Assembly: GCF_963921235.1 (NCBI RefSeq)
Contig: NC_086108.1
Span: 36,148,001 to 36,212,000, forward strand
Source: Mobula hypostoma
Lineage: Eukaryota
Direction: 5' to 3'
Length of the DNA stretch: 64,000 nt
Shown here: in pieces, positions 51,100 to 64,000 of the stretch
Position numbering within the stretch: position 1 is the stretch's first letter
Layout of the letters: each line of letters opens with the position of its first letter
The notes under the pieces: generated by a model
What the model was told of the DNA's origin: nothing
The model's input: only the letters and a program-made list of their open reading frames with translations
The model's database searches: none
Translations under genes and position numbers: made by a program

Positions 51100-53037
51100 T
51101 GAAACATAAAAAATCCATCAGCACAATACCGGCCCTTTGGCCCACAAAGCTGCGCCGAACATGTTCTTACCTGAGAAATTACCCAGTGTAACCCATACCC
51201 TCTGTTTTTCAGAGCTCCATATACCTATCCAGGAGTTTCTTAAAAGACCGTATTGTATCCATCTCCACCACCATCGCCGGCAGCCCATTCCACACACTCA
51301 CCACTCTCTGCGTTTTTAAAAAAAAACCTACCCCTGACATCGCTTCTGTACCTACTTCCAAGAACTTTAAAATTGTACCCTCTCGTGCTAGCCATTTCAG
51401 CCCTGGGAAAAAGGCCTCTGACTAACCACTTCTATCAGGTCACCTCTCAACCTGTTCTCATGAGGCTGCCCTATCCAGGCAGCGTCCTTGTAAATTTCCT
51501 CTGCACCCTTTATGGTTTCCACATCCTTGCTTATAGTGAGGTGACCAGAACTGAACACAGTACTCCAAGTGGGGTCTGACCAGGGTCCTATATAGCTGCA
51601 ACATTACCTCTTGGCTCCTAAACTCAATCCCACGATTGATGAAGGCCAATGCACCGTATGCTTTTTAACCACAGAGTCAACCTGTGCAGCAGCCTTGAGT
51701 GTCTTATGGACTCGGACCCCAAGATCCCTCTGATCCTCCACACTGCCAAGAGTCTTGCCATTAATACTATATTTTGTCATCATATTTGACCAACCAAAAT
51801 GAATCACCTCACACTTATCTGGGTTGAACTCCATCTGCTACTTCTCAGCCCAGTTTTGCTTCCTATCAATGTCCTGCTGTAACCTCTGACAGCCTTCCAG
51901 ACTATCCACAACACCTCCAACCTTTGTATCATCAGCAAATTTACTAACCCCTCCCTCCACTTCTTCATCCAGGTCATTTATAAAAATCGCGAAGAGTAAG
52001 GGTCCTCGAGCAGATCCCTAAGGTATTCCACTCGTGACCGACCTCCATGCAGAATATGACCCGTCTACAACCATTCTTTGCCTTCTGTGGGCAAGCCATT
52101 TCTGGATTCACAAAGCAATTTCCCATTGGATCCCATGCCTCTTTACTTTCTCAATAAGCCTTGCATGGGGTACCTTGTCAAATGCCTTGCTGAAATCCAT
52201 ATACACTACATCTCTGCTCTATCTTCATCAATGTGTTTAGTCACACCCTCAAAAAATTCAATCAGGCTCGTAAGGCATGACCTGCCTTTCACAGAGCCAT
52301 GCTGACTATTCCTAATCATATTATGCCTCTCTAAATGTTCATAAATCCTGCCTCTCAGGATCTTCTCAATCAACTTACCAACCACTGAAGTTCAAGGCTT
52401 ACTGGTCTATAATTTCCTGGGTATCTCTACTCCTTTTCTTGAATAGGGGAACAACATCTGTAACCCACCAATCCTCCAGAACCTCTCCCGGCCCCATTGT
52501 TGATGCAAAGATCATCACCAGAGGCTCAGCAATTTCCTCCCTTACCTCCCACAGTAGCCTGGGGTACATTTCGTCCAGTCCTGGTGACTTATCCAACTTG
52601 ATGCTTTCCAAAAGCTTCAGCACATCCTCTTTCTTAACATCTACATGCTCAAGCTTTTTAGTCCGCTGTAAGTCATCCCTACAATCGCCAGGCTTCTTTT
52701 CTGTAGTGAATACTGAAGCAAAGTACTCATTAAGTACCTCTGCTATCTCTTTTGGTTCCACACACACTTTTCCATTGTCACTGGTGGATTGGTCCTGTTC
52801 TCTCACGTCTTATCCTCTCGCTCTTCACATACTTGTAGAATGCCTTGGGGTTTTCCTTAATCCTGTCCACAAGGCCTTCTCATGGCCCCTTCTGGCTCTC
52901 CTAATTTCTTTCTTGAGCTCCTTCCTGTAAGCCTTATAATCTTCTAGCTCTCTATCATTACCTAGCTTTTTGAACCTTTTGTAGGCTCTTCTTTTCTTCT
53001 TGACTAGATTTACAACAGCTTTTGTACACTATGGTTC
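51100..53037 (-). mobile_element. CR1 LINE, 5'-truncated and degenerate
   Basis: LNEYFASVFT, KSPGLD.MYPRLL, LVRPHLEYCVQFWSP. Confidence 0.9.
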
Positions 53038-54429
53038 AAATGACTAGTTGTTTTTTGTGAGATAGTGTTGGGTTTAATAATGAAGTGATGTTAGGTATTC
53101 CTGAAAATATTTATTTGCATTTCAAATTCAAAGTAATATGTAGTATCAAAGCATACAATGCTTATAAAAAAGTATTCACCCCCCCCGCCCCCGGAAGTTT
53201 TCATGTTTTTTTGTTTTACAGCATTGAATCACAGTGGATTTAATTTGGCTTAATATTACAGATCTCTGCAAAGTGATCTAAATTAATTACAAGTATAAAA
53301 CACAAGTTAATTGATTGCATCGGTATTCATCCCCCTTTAATATGACACACCAATTCATCACTGGTGCAGCCAGTTGGTTTTAGAAGTCACATAATTAGTT
53401 AAATGGAGATCACCATGTGCAGTCATGGTGTTTCAATTGATTGTAGTAAAAATGCACTTATAACTGAAATGTCCAACTGCTGGTGAGCTAGTACCCTGGC
53501 AAATATTACACCAAGAAGATAAAGGAATACTCCAAGCAACTCCGCGAAAAAGTTATTGAAAAGCACAAACTGGGAGATGGATACAAGAAAATTTCCAAGT
53601 CATTGAATATCCCTTGATTTATAATTAAGTCGATCAACAAGACATGGGAAGATTATGGCACAGCTCTAAATCTGCCTAGTGCAGGTTGTCCTCAAAAACT
53701 GAGTGACCGTGCAAGAAGGGGACTAGTGAGGGAGGCCACCAAGAGACCTATGACAACTCTGGAGGAGTTAGAAGCTTCAGTGCTGAGTGGCTACGTATAC
53801 AACAATTGTTGCTTGGGTGCTTCACCAGTCTCAGCTTAATGGGAGAGTGGCAAAGAGAAAGCCACTGTTGGAAAAAAAAACTTGCATGAAATTTCAGCTA
53901 GATTTGCCTGAATGCATGTGAAGTCAGCTGGAAGAAGGTTCCATGGTCTGATGAAACCAAATTGAGTGTTTTGGGTGTCAGACTAAACTGTTTTTAGCAG
54001 TAAGCCAAACACTGCACATCATCAAAAACACACCATCCCTACTGTGAAACGTGGTGGTGGCTGCATCATGCTGTGGGGATGCTTCACTGCAGCAGGCCCT
54101 GGAAGGCTTGTGAAGGTAGAGGGTAAAATGAATGCAGCAAAATACAGGGAAATCTTGGAGGAAAACCTGATGCAGTCTGCAAGGAAACTGTGACTTGGGA
54201 GAAGATCTGTTTTCCAGCAAGACAGTGAATCCAAGAATAAAGCCAAAACTGCACAGGAATGGCTTAAAAACAACAAAATTAATGTCCTTGAGTGGCCAAG
54301 TCAGAGTCAAGACCTCAATCCAATTGAGAATTTGTGGCTGGACTTGAAAAGGGCTATTTGCTGATGATGCTCATGCAGTCTGATAGAGCATGAACAGTTT
54401 TTTAAAGAGGAATGGGGAAAATTTGCAGT

Positions 54430-57400
54430 TAGTCGTGAGCCAGTAGGGTTGGTTGGTACCTTCTGAGGGGAATATTGCTCATAGTGATTTTTGGCAAGGT
54501 AGACATCTCTAGAGTTAGAAAATATGTGATAGCATTGCACCAGTGGTAGCTTTATTACTTCAAATAAGTAATCACTTTTTGTATACAGTGGTATGCAAAA
54601 GTTTGGGCACCTCTGGTCAAAATTTCTGTTACTGTGAATAGCTAAGCGAGTAAACAATGACCCGATTTCCAAAAGGCATAAAGTTAAAGATGACACATTT
54701 CTTTAATATTTTAAGCAAGATTTCTTTTTTATTTCCATCTTTTACAGTTTCAAAATAACAAAAAAGAAAAAGGGCCCGAAGCAAAAGTTTGGGCACCCTG
54801 TATGGTCAGTACTTGGTAACACCCCCTTTGGCAAGTATCATAGCTTGTAAACGCTTTCTGTAGCCAGCTATGAGTCTTTCAATTCTTGTTTGGGGGATTT
54901 TCGCCCATTCTTCCTTGCAAAAGGTTTCTAGTTCCATGAGATTCTTGGGCTGTCATGCATGCACTGCTCTTTTGAGGTCTATCCACAGATTTTCGATGAT
55001 GTTTAGGTCGGGGGACTGTGAGGGCCATGACAAAACCTTCAGCTTGTGCCTCTTGAGGTAGTCCATTGTGGATTTTGAGGTGTTTAGGATCATTATCCTG
55101 TTGTAGAATCCATCCGACAAGCCCAAAGGATGAACGGTCCACCCCCGTGCTTAACAGTTGGAGAGGACTTCTTTTCATGAAATTTTGCACCCTTTGTTCT
55201 CCAAACATACCTTTGCTCATTGTGGTCAAAAAGTTCTATTTTAACTTCATCAGTCCACAGGACTTGTTTGCAAAATACATCAGCCTTCTTTAGATGTTCC
55301 TTTGCAAACTTCTGATGCTGAATTTTGTGGTGAGGATGCAGGAAAGGTTTTCTTCTGATGACTCTTCCATGAAGGTCATATTTGTGCAGGTGTCGCTGCA
55401 CAGTAGAACAGTGCACCACCACACCAGAGTCTGCTAAATCTTCCTGAAGGTCTTTTGCAGTCAAACAGGGGTTTTGATTTGCCTTTCTAGCAATCCTACG
55501 AGCAGTTCTCTCAGAAAGTTTTCTTGGTCTTCCGGACCTCAACTTGACCTCCACCGATCCTGTTAACTGCCATTTCTTATTTACATTACAAACTGAGCAA
55601 ACGGCTACCTGAAAATGCTTTGCTATCTTCTTATCGCCTTCTCCTGCTTTGTGGTCATCATTTATTTTAATTTTCAGAGTGCTAGGCAGCTGCTTAGAGG
55701 AGCCTATGGTCGCTGATCGTTGGGACAAGGTTTGAGGAGGCAGGGTATTTATAAAGCTTTGAAATTTGTATAACCTGGCCTTTCCTAACGATGATTGTGA
55801 ACAAGCCTTAGCCCTAACACGCTAATTAAGGTCTGAGACCTTGGTAAAAGTTATCTGAGAGCTCAGATTTCTTGGGGTGCCCAAACTTTTGCGTGATGCT
55901 CCTTTCCTTTTTTTCACTCTAAAATTGTACAAAACAAAAATAATACACTAATCTTGCTTAAAGTGTTGAAAAGAATGTTTCATCTTTAACTTTGACGTCT
56001 AGAGATCAGTTAATCTTCTACTCACTTAACTATTCACGGTAACAGAAATTTTGACCGGAGGTGCCCAAAGTTTTGCGTGCCACTGTATATTCCATATTAA
56101 CATCAGTACAGTAGAAAATGTTACCCTACCCCCCAAAAGGTAAAAAACCTCATTTGGAGAGATTTCTGGAGTTTTATCAATGTCATGATATTTTCCATAT
56201 TGTTGTATCAAATCAAAACAATCTTCAGCTTTTGTCATAGCATATAGAATTACAGTACAATAATTCAAATGTGGGATTCCACACAGCCATAACCTTGGCC
56301 CTATTTGGTTGTAAAATGAATATATTTAATCAAAGACTGCTTTCCATACTTTGTTTTCCATACTTTCATAACCTGTTGATAATCATAATAATTTTCCAAG
56401 TCTTCCACATCTTCATCTGAACTTTCCACACTCTCTGAGGTGGATGCCTGGTTCTCACAGTCTGCCAGTCTACACAGGTCAGTACACCTGAGGCCATTTG
56501 CAACACACATATGTCTTGGGAGTGAACTTTTTTTTTGGACAGTTACAGGCCAGTAGATTCAGGACAGCATCGGGTGCTGGCTGGCCTTCCATCCAGTGCA
56601 CCACCAACTGTTCAGCTTCCTCTTCTCTCTCCATCTTCCATCCTCTGCCAACAGGGCTTGGCACTTGTGGGTCCTTCTCCAAACATCTTTTCCATATACC
56701 AGCCTGGTAGTTGGCTCGCTTTGCATGTTTTGTTAAGCAGTCCTTGCATGGTGGGAGTTGATGACTTTCGATTTCACCTTTTTTGGCACAGAAAAGGTGA
56801 TACCTGAGCTCATTGACCTTAGTGGTTGATGCTTTTGGGGCATACAGGAGACATGTAAATGCCTCCAGTTTGTCCATCAGCTCTGGGGAGAGGTCCCATT
56901 CCTGACCCAACTCTAAGAATGTGTCCTGAGTTTCCCTGTAGCTGGTCAGAAGTTTTAGGGCACTTATCTTCCCTTTGCCTGCAAAAGTGCTTACAGTGTC
57001 ACATGCTGTATATGTGTGCAACCCGACGAGAGCCCTACAAACCTCTATGCCAACAGTGGCAGCAACCTTCCTGATGTCTACAAGCCTTGTACGGGTTCTA
57101 GTGCCACACTTCTGGAACAATGGGGCCTCAATCTTGTCACAAAATGCTAAAGACAAGATAAATACGTCTGTCTCTTCTGATCAGATCACTACAGATATGT
57201 ATCCCTCTCTTGTGGCATGGGCAGCATGGAGATGTAGGCGGCCATCTGCTTCTTCTTGTTGATACTGAAGAGCTGACACCTTCTCACTGTCTTGAGATGT
57301 GATTCTGTAACATTTGTCATTCACAGTTGATACAGAATCTTCTCCTGTAGCTTTGCTCTGTACTCCGCCTTCCTCCATTCATGTACTATGAATCTAATGA

Positions 57401-58707
57401 GACTACTTTCGTTACTGACTTTGGTCAGGAAGCTCATCCGCTGCCTCACCATCTGTGTATCTGTGATACCTTGCAACTTATGACCAGTCTCTTCACCCTG
57501 TAGAGATCCTTCACTATTCTTGATAAGAGTTCTCCTTGTATGTGTCGAACACAACATCTATTCTGTAACTCTGACAGCCTTCCCTCAGAGCCATACCCAG
57601 AATTGTTGTGGCAACATCTCAAAGTAACTTGATCACCTTTCACTCTTTGGACCAAGTTCATTCCATTAACCAATGTAGCAGAGTTTCCTGGGACTTGCTG
57701 TTCTACTGCAATATTTTTCTGCAAAGTTGTGGCTAAAGTAGCTTTATTTGTCTTTCTCAGCAATCCTTCTGGTGTGGACAGGGCCCTGGGCAATAGTCCA
57801 AGGGGATGAAAAAGGATATCCTCCATACGAAGACTGTGCATTTGTGCCATCACTATGATGCGTCCAAACAAAGACCTGTCTGCTTTCAAGATGATCGCCC
57901 TCCCATTTGATTTCACTTCTCTCTTCTTACACGTATCACTGAATGTTTTCAGCTTGTTGATTTTCATTGGGGCATGGAAGTTCTTTGCTGCTGGGTCCTC
58001 TAGTCTCTCATCCTTGAAGGTTGCATAGCATTGCTTACCAAACTCATATGCCTTCATCAGGTCGGAGGCAATGTCCTTGGGGCTGCCTTTGCCGTAGAGG
58101 TGCTAATGAGGTCCCGCTTCTCTGCAAATGGGTTGACCCATTCATGTATGAGGCTAACCGCTGCTGAAACTGCTTCCTCATCTTTCTGGATTCTTGGCCG
58201 CTGTAGCTCCGCATGACGAAGCTCTGATTTGTTGCCTTGCACCATCTCCCTTAACTGTCTCAGAAGTGCACTGCGCTGCTCAGCTGTTATGTAGTAACGC
58301 TTGATAGCTCCAGCATTCAGGCTGAACCGTGGTGTGCCTCCAGGAGTCTGTCTGGCTTCAATAGCCTGGTTCACAGGGATCTGCCCAAAGGGGTTGTTAC
58401 TTGACAGCTGCACTGAGAATTGGCCTGTCTTGAAGGCCTCATACACAGAAGGGTTCATCATCTGAGCAAAGTAAGGGGACAGGTACCTGGCATAATTCAT
58501 CTTATCATAGGCAAAGCACCATGGGGTCATGGTTCTTACAGCATGGAGGTGCAACTCCCTGTCCTCTTCACAGAAAGCTCCCACCGCTGTAATGCTATCA
58601 CATATTTTCTAGCACTAGGGGTGTATACCTTGCCAAAAATCACTGTAAGAATTACTCCGCCCATATGGTACCGGTGGCCCAAATTTAGGGTCCTTGCTCA
58701 CTGACTA
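54430..58707 (-). mobile_element. AcademX-like DNA transposon, internally deleted and degenerate
   Basis: TAG...CTA termini, TIR TAGTC(A)GTGAGC, 3-bp TSD AGT/AAT; protein remnants FAYDKMNYARY, NQAIE, QEEADGR, TACDTVSTFAGKGK (XPG/FEN-like) and C-terminal CXC Cys cluster (56380-58584). Confidence 0.8.
54586..56085 (-). mobile_element. Tc1-like DNA transposon (inner, IR/DR type)
   Basis: TA-flanked TIRs CAGTGG.A.GCAAAA.TTTGGGCACC with internal repeats at 54781 and 55874; transposase [28 protein letters not shown], internally deleted. Confidence 0.92.
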
Positions 58708-59011
58708 AATGTCCAGATGTGCAAAGCTGGTAGAGACCACACAGACTAAAGACCGTAATTGCTGTCAAAGGTGTATCTACTAAATACTGACTTGAAGGGG
58801 GTGAATACTTACGCAATCAATTATTTTGTGTTTTATATTTGTAATTAATTAATTATAGAGATCTGTTTTCACTTTGACACGAAAGCATCCTTTTCTGTTG
58901 ATTAGTGTCAAAAATGCCAAATTAAATCCTCTCATTTAATCTTGTAAAGCAATAAAACATGAAAGCGTCCTGGGGGGGGGGGGTGGGTGAATACTTTTTA
59001 TAGGCATTGTA

Positions 59012-60095
59012 TACAGTATATGTCAGCATAAATTACCTTGAAATTAATTTTCTTGCAGGCATTTACAGAAAAATAAAAAGATACAATACAGTTTATGGAA
59101 AATCGTACAAAGACAAAGAACAAATGTGTAAAAGAAGACAAATAGTGCAAATGAAAAATAATATTGAGAACATAAGTTGTAAAGAGTCTTTGAAATTGAG
59201 TCTCTATGTTGTAGAATCAATTCAGAGTCATGTTGAGTGAAATTATCCATGCTGATTTAGGAGCCTGATGGGTGTAGAGTAAAAACTGTTCCTGAACATG
59301 ATGGTGTGGGACCTATGGCTTTTGTATTCTCCTGCGTAATGGTAGTACTGAGAAGAGAGCATGGCCTAGATGGTGGGGGTGCTTGATGATGAATGCTACT
59401 TGGTTGTGACAGCACGCCATATAAATGTGCTTAATGGTGGGGAGGCTTTGCCTGTGATGGGCTGGACTGTATCCAGCACCTTCTGAAGACTTTTCTGTTT
59501 CTTGGCATTGGTATTTCAATATCGGGCAATGATGCTTGAGATACTCTCCAGTGTACATTCATAGAAATTAGTCAAAATTTTTGGTGACGTGCAAACTTCT
59601 GAGAAAGTAGAGGCTCTGTTGCGCCTACTTTGTTGCACTTAAATGCGGGTCTTAGGATAGATCCTCTGATAGGATACTGCAAGGAACTTAAAGCTACTAA
59701 TCCTCTCCACTTCCGATCTCCTAAAGGGGATTGGCTCATGGACTTCCAGTTTCTTCCTCCTGTAGTCAATAATCAGCTTTTTGGTTTTGCTGACGTTGAG
59801 TGAGTGGTTGTTGTCGTGGCACCATTCAAGCCAGATTGTCAGTCTTCCTCCTGTATACTGTTTCGTTGCCTCCTTTGATTTGGCTATCAAATGTGGTGTC
59901 ATTAGCAAACTTAAAAACTGTGTTGGAGCTGTACTTAGCCACAATCATAGATATAAAGTGAGTAAAGCAGGAGCTAAGCACACAGCCTTGTGGTGCACCT
60001 CTGCTGATACTGATTGTGGAGGAGATGTTGTGCCAGTCCATACTGACTGGGGTCTACACGAGGAAATTGAGGATCCAGTCGCACAGGGAGGTATC
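59012..60095 (-). mobile_element. Rex1/Babar-like LINE 3' part (its tail hosts the Tc1 nest)
   Basis: GAPQGCVLS, KFANDTT, SLNVSKTKKLIIDYRR; the tail continues left of 53156. Confidence 0.75.
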
Positions 60096-60490
60096 AAGAA
60101 CCATTTGTGCGGAATTTATTCAGTTTATTAAGTTTTCCTAGTTAGACTCAATTGTCTGATTTCCAACTGCAGAGCACAGAATGAGCCTTATTCAGCCCAT
60201 TGTATTGACTGTTAAAGATGTTCAATTGATCACATCTCCAGGCATGATAAATGTTCTTTAGTAATTGTCTCAACTTGCTGTCCTGTAGTTTATGACATAG
60301 TGGGTTTCCATGGGTGTTGGTTTTCCTTTTTAATGATATGAAACCAGTTCAGCGTTTTTGAATGTTGCTGTTAAATTTCTCCAGACCTTTCTCGGTTCCA
60401 AAGAGAGTAGCTCCTGTTTCTCATTCTCTCCAATTAAGAAATCTGCCAACCCTAATGTCAATTCAGAAATTTTTCTCAGCTGCCCCTAGA

Positions 60491-62137
60491 GCGAAATACA
60501 TGTTAGTAGGGAAGTGGTGTTAGGTAAATTGAAGGGATTGAAGGCAGATAAATCCCCAGGGCCAGATGGTCTGCATCCCAGAGTGCTTAAGGAAGTGGCC
60601 CAAGAAATAGTGGATGCATTAGTGATAATTTTTCAAAACTCGTTAGATTCTGGACTAGTTCCTGAGGATTGGAGGGTGGCTAATGTAACCCCACTTTTTA
60701 AAAAAGGAGGGAGAGAGAAACCGGGGAATTATAGGCCGGTTAGCCTAACGTCGGTGGTGGGGAAACTGCTGGAGTCAGTTATCAAGGATGTGATAACAGC
60801 ACATTTGGAAAGCGGTGAAATGATCGGACAAAGTCAGCATGGATTTGTGAAAGGAAAATCATGTCTGACGAATCTCATAGAATTTTTTGAGGATGTAACT
60901 AGTAGAGTGGATAGGGGAGAACCAGTGGATGTGGTATATTTGGATTTTCAAAAGGCTTTTGACAAGGTCCCACATAGGAGATTAGTGTGCAAACTTAAAG
61001 CACACGGTATTGGGGGTAAGGTATTGGTGTGGGTGGAGAATTGGTTAGCAGACAGGAAGCAAAGAGTGGGAATAAACGGGACCTTTTCAGAATGGCAGGC
61101 GGTGACTAGTGGGGTACCGCAAGGCTCAGTGCTGGGACCCCAGTTGTTTACAATATATATTAATGACTTGGATGAGGGAATTAAATGCAGCATCTCCAAG
61201 TTTGCGGATGACACGAAGCTGGGTGGCAGTGTTAGCAGTGAGGAGGATGCTAAGAGGATGCAGGGTGACTTGGATAGGTTGGGTGAGTGGGCAAACTCAT
61301 GGCAGATGCAATTTAATGTGGATAAATGTGAAGTTATCCACTTTGGTGGCAAAAATAGGAAAACAGATTATTATCTGAATGGTGGCCGATTAGGAAAAGG
61401 GGAGGTGCAACGAGACCTGGGTGTCATTATACACCAGTCATTGAAAGTGGGCATGCAGGTACAGCAGGCGGTGAAAAAGGCGAACGGTATGCTGGCATTT
61501 ATAGCGAGAGGATTCGAGTACAGGAGCAGGGAGGTACTACTGCAGTTGTACAAGGCCTTGGTGAGACCACACCTGGAGTATTGTGTGCAGTTTTGGTCCC
61601 CTAATCTGAGGAAAGACATCTTTGCCATAGAGGGAGTACAAAGAAGGTTCACCAGATTGATTCCTGGGATGGCAGGTCTTTCATATGAAGAAAGACTGGA
61701 TGAACTGGGCTTGTACTCGTTGGAATTTAGAAGATTGAGGGGGGATCTGATTGAAACGTATAAGATCCTAAAGGGATTGGACAGGCTAGATGCAGGAAGA
61801 TTGTTCCCGATGTTGGGGAGGTCTAGAACGAGGGGTCACAGTTTGAGGATAGAGGGGAAGCCTTTTAGGACCGAGGTTAGGAAAAACTTCTTCACACAGA
61901 GAGTGGTGAATCTGTGGAATTCTGTGCCACAGCAAACTGTTGAGGCCAGTTCATTAGCTATGTTTAAAAGGAAGTTAGATATGGCCCTTGTGGCTACAGG
62001 GGTCAGGGGGTATGGAGGGAAGGCTGGGTTCTGAGTTGGATGATCAGCCATGATCATAATAAATGGCGGTGCAGGCTCGAAGGGCCGAATGGCCTACTCC
62101 TGCACCTATTTTCTATGTTTCTATGTTTCTATGTTTC
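60491..62137 (+). mobile_element. Young CR1 LINE, 5'-truncated, with uninterrupted 506-aa RT ORF (60514-62034)
   Basis: All RT motifs in one frame ([38 protein letters not shown]); (TTTCTATG)n tail. Confidence 0.95.
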
Positions 62138-62244
62138 ACGTCTTTACAAAGGAACACAAAAAACAATCCCTTTGGGCAACATTTTTTACTATTCAGTAAT
62201 AGTATTAGATATGTTATCATACTTATTATGGATGAACACATCGA

Positions 62245-63515
62245 GCACTGATGCAGGAAAAGCAGCATCCATCATCAAGGGCCCCATCCACTCATGTCAT
62301 GCTCCCTTCTTGCAGTTGCCATCAGGAAAAAAAGCACAGGAGCCTCATAACTCACATCACCAGGTTCAGGAACCCCTCAGCCATTAGGCTCTTGAACTAC
62401 AGGGATGACTTCACTCATCCATCACTGAATTGTTACCACTGAACTGGACTCACTTTCAAGGTCTCTTCATCTCATGTTCTTGATATATATTGCTTACTTA
62501 TTTATTGTTATTATTATTTATTTTTTCTCAGCTCAGGCTGGTAAGACCTGGTGGATGCTGCATTCTTGAGGCTCCGCCTTTTGAAGATAACTTTAATGGT
62601 AAGGAGGATTGTGCCTATGATGGAACTTGTTGAGTCCACAACCTCTGCAGCCTCTTTCAATCATATATGTCAGAGCCCACATACAAGGCTGTGATGCAGC
62701 CAGTCAGAATGCTCTCCTCTTGACATCTATATAAATTTGCTGGAGTCTGTTGGGTGACATATCAAATCTCCTCAAACTCTTAATAAGGTATAACTGCTGC
62801 ATGCCTTCTACTTACTGAAGCACTTACACCCACAGTGATGAAGCGCTTTGCCTGAGGAGTGACTTGGATCTGCTCCAGTATGCCCACCGCCACAACAGGT
62901 CAACAGCAGATGTCATTTCATTGGCTCTTCATTCAACCCTGGAATATCTGGACAGTGAAAATGTATCCATCAGGATGCTCTTCATTGACTACAGTTCTGT
63001 ATTCAACACAATCATCTCCTCAAAACTAACCAAAAAGCTCCAAGATCTAGGCCTCAATACCCCCTTGTGCAACTGGATCAACTAGATCCTCAATTTCCTC
63101 ACTTGCAGACCACAGTCAGTTGGGATTGGCGGCAAAATCTCCTCCAAAATCCCCGTCAGCACAACTACACCACAAGACTGTGTGCTTAGCTGCCTGCTCT
63201 ACACACGTTGTACCTATGATTGTGAGGCTGATTACAGTTTGCCGATGATACCACTGTTGTTGGCTGAATTCAATGTAGTGACAAATCTGTACATTAAGAG
63301 GAAGTTCGGAAATCTGGCTGAGTTGTGCCACCGCAAAAACCTCTCACTCAATGTCAGCACAGTCAAACAGCTGATTATTGACTTCAGGAGAAGGAACCAA
63401 AGATCCATAAGCCAGTCCTCATCAGGGGATTAGAGGTGGAAGGAGTCAGTAACTTTAAATTCCTTGGTGTTATCATTTCAGAGAATCTGTCCTGGATCCA
63501 CCACATAACTGCCAT
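62245..63515. mobile_element. Cluster of old Rex1/Babar-like fragments in both orientations
   Basis: NRSTADVISLALH...IRMLFIDYSSVFNTI on +; further tail fragments at 62245-62810. Confidence 0.65.
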
Positions 63516-63516
63516 T

Positions 63517-64000
63517 AGACCATAAGAGAGAGGAACAGAATTAGGCCATTTGGCCCATTGAGTCTGCTCTGCCACTTCATGGCTAATCCATTTTCCTTCT
63601 CAACCCCATTCACCTGCCTTCTCCTTGTAACCTTTCATGCTGACTACTCAAGAGCCTATCAACCTCTGTCTTAAATACACCTAATGAACTGGCCCCTACT
63701 GCCACCTGTGGCAACGAATTCCGTAGATTTAATATCCTCTGGCTAAGGAAATTCCTTCTCATTTCTGTTCAACATGGATAGGGACCTTTTCTGAGGCTGT
63801 GCCCTCTGGCTGTAGACTCCCCATAGGAAACATCCTTTCCACATCCTTTTATCAATGCCCTTCAACATTCGATAAGTTTCAGTGAGATTCCCCCCCCCCA
63901 TTCTTCTAAATTCCAGTGTGTCCAAGCGCAGAGCCATCAAATACTGCTCCTGCAATAACTTTCATTCCTGCAATCATTCGCGTGAGCCTCCTGTGAACTC
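63517..64000 (-). mobile_element. CR1 3' fragment running off the window edge
   Basis: LEFRRMGG.LTETYRMLKG; tail similar to 23342-23757. Confidence 0.8.

Larger units (their letters stand above)
53156..59009 (+). mobile_element. Tc1-like DNA transposon (outer), split by the Academ insertion
   Basis: TA-flanked TIRs CAATGC.TATAAAAA(A)GTATTCACCC; degenerate transposase ~53510-54429 ([38 protein letters not shown]) resuming at 58711. Confidence 0.9.

Overview
Vertebrate genomic DNA; the repeat content suggests a cartilaginous fish, probably a ray (inference). The window covers five consecutive + strand coding exons of CDC73/parafibromin (equivalent to human exons 3-7; 5457-32452) and more than 31 kb of the following intron. 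The introns are densely filled with nested transposable elements: a full-length young L1 with TSD; many CR1 and Rex1/Babar-like LINE fragments; an RTE LINE with a non-autonomous derivative and an RTE-tailed tRNA SINE; five Penelope-like (GIY-YIG) insertions carrying minimal hammerhead ribozymes; two retrovirus-like LTR elements; two Tc1 elements; a Tigger/pogo-like MITE; and an AcademX-type (DDE+XPG+CXC) DNA transposon. Most notable are (i) an LTR element that encodes Gag-protease-integrase but has lost RT/RNase H by an in-frame deletion and keeps a perfect tRNA-Leu PBS, (ii) an ERV remnant with a Cys-rich Env-like ORF, (iii) the Academ element inside a four-layer transposon nest, and (iv) hammerhead ribozymes that are all core-mutated on the CDC73 sense strand. 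Family names come from recalled motifs, not database searches. Boundaries of old LINE fragments are approximate.
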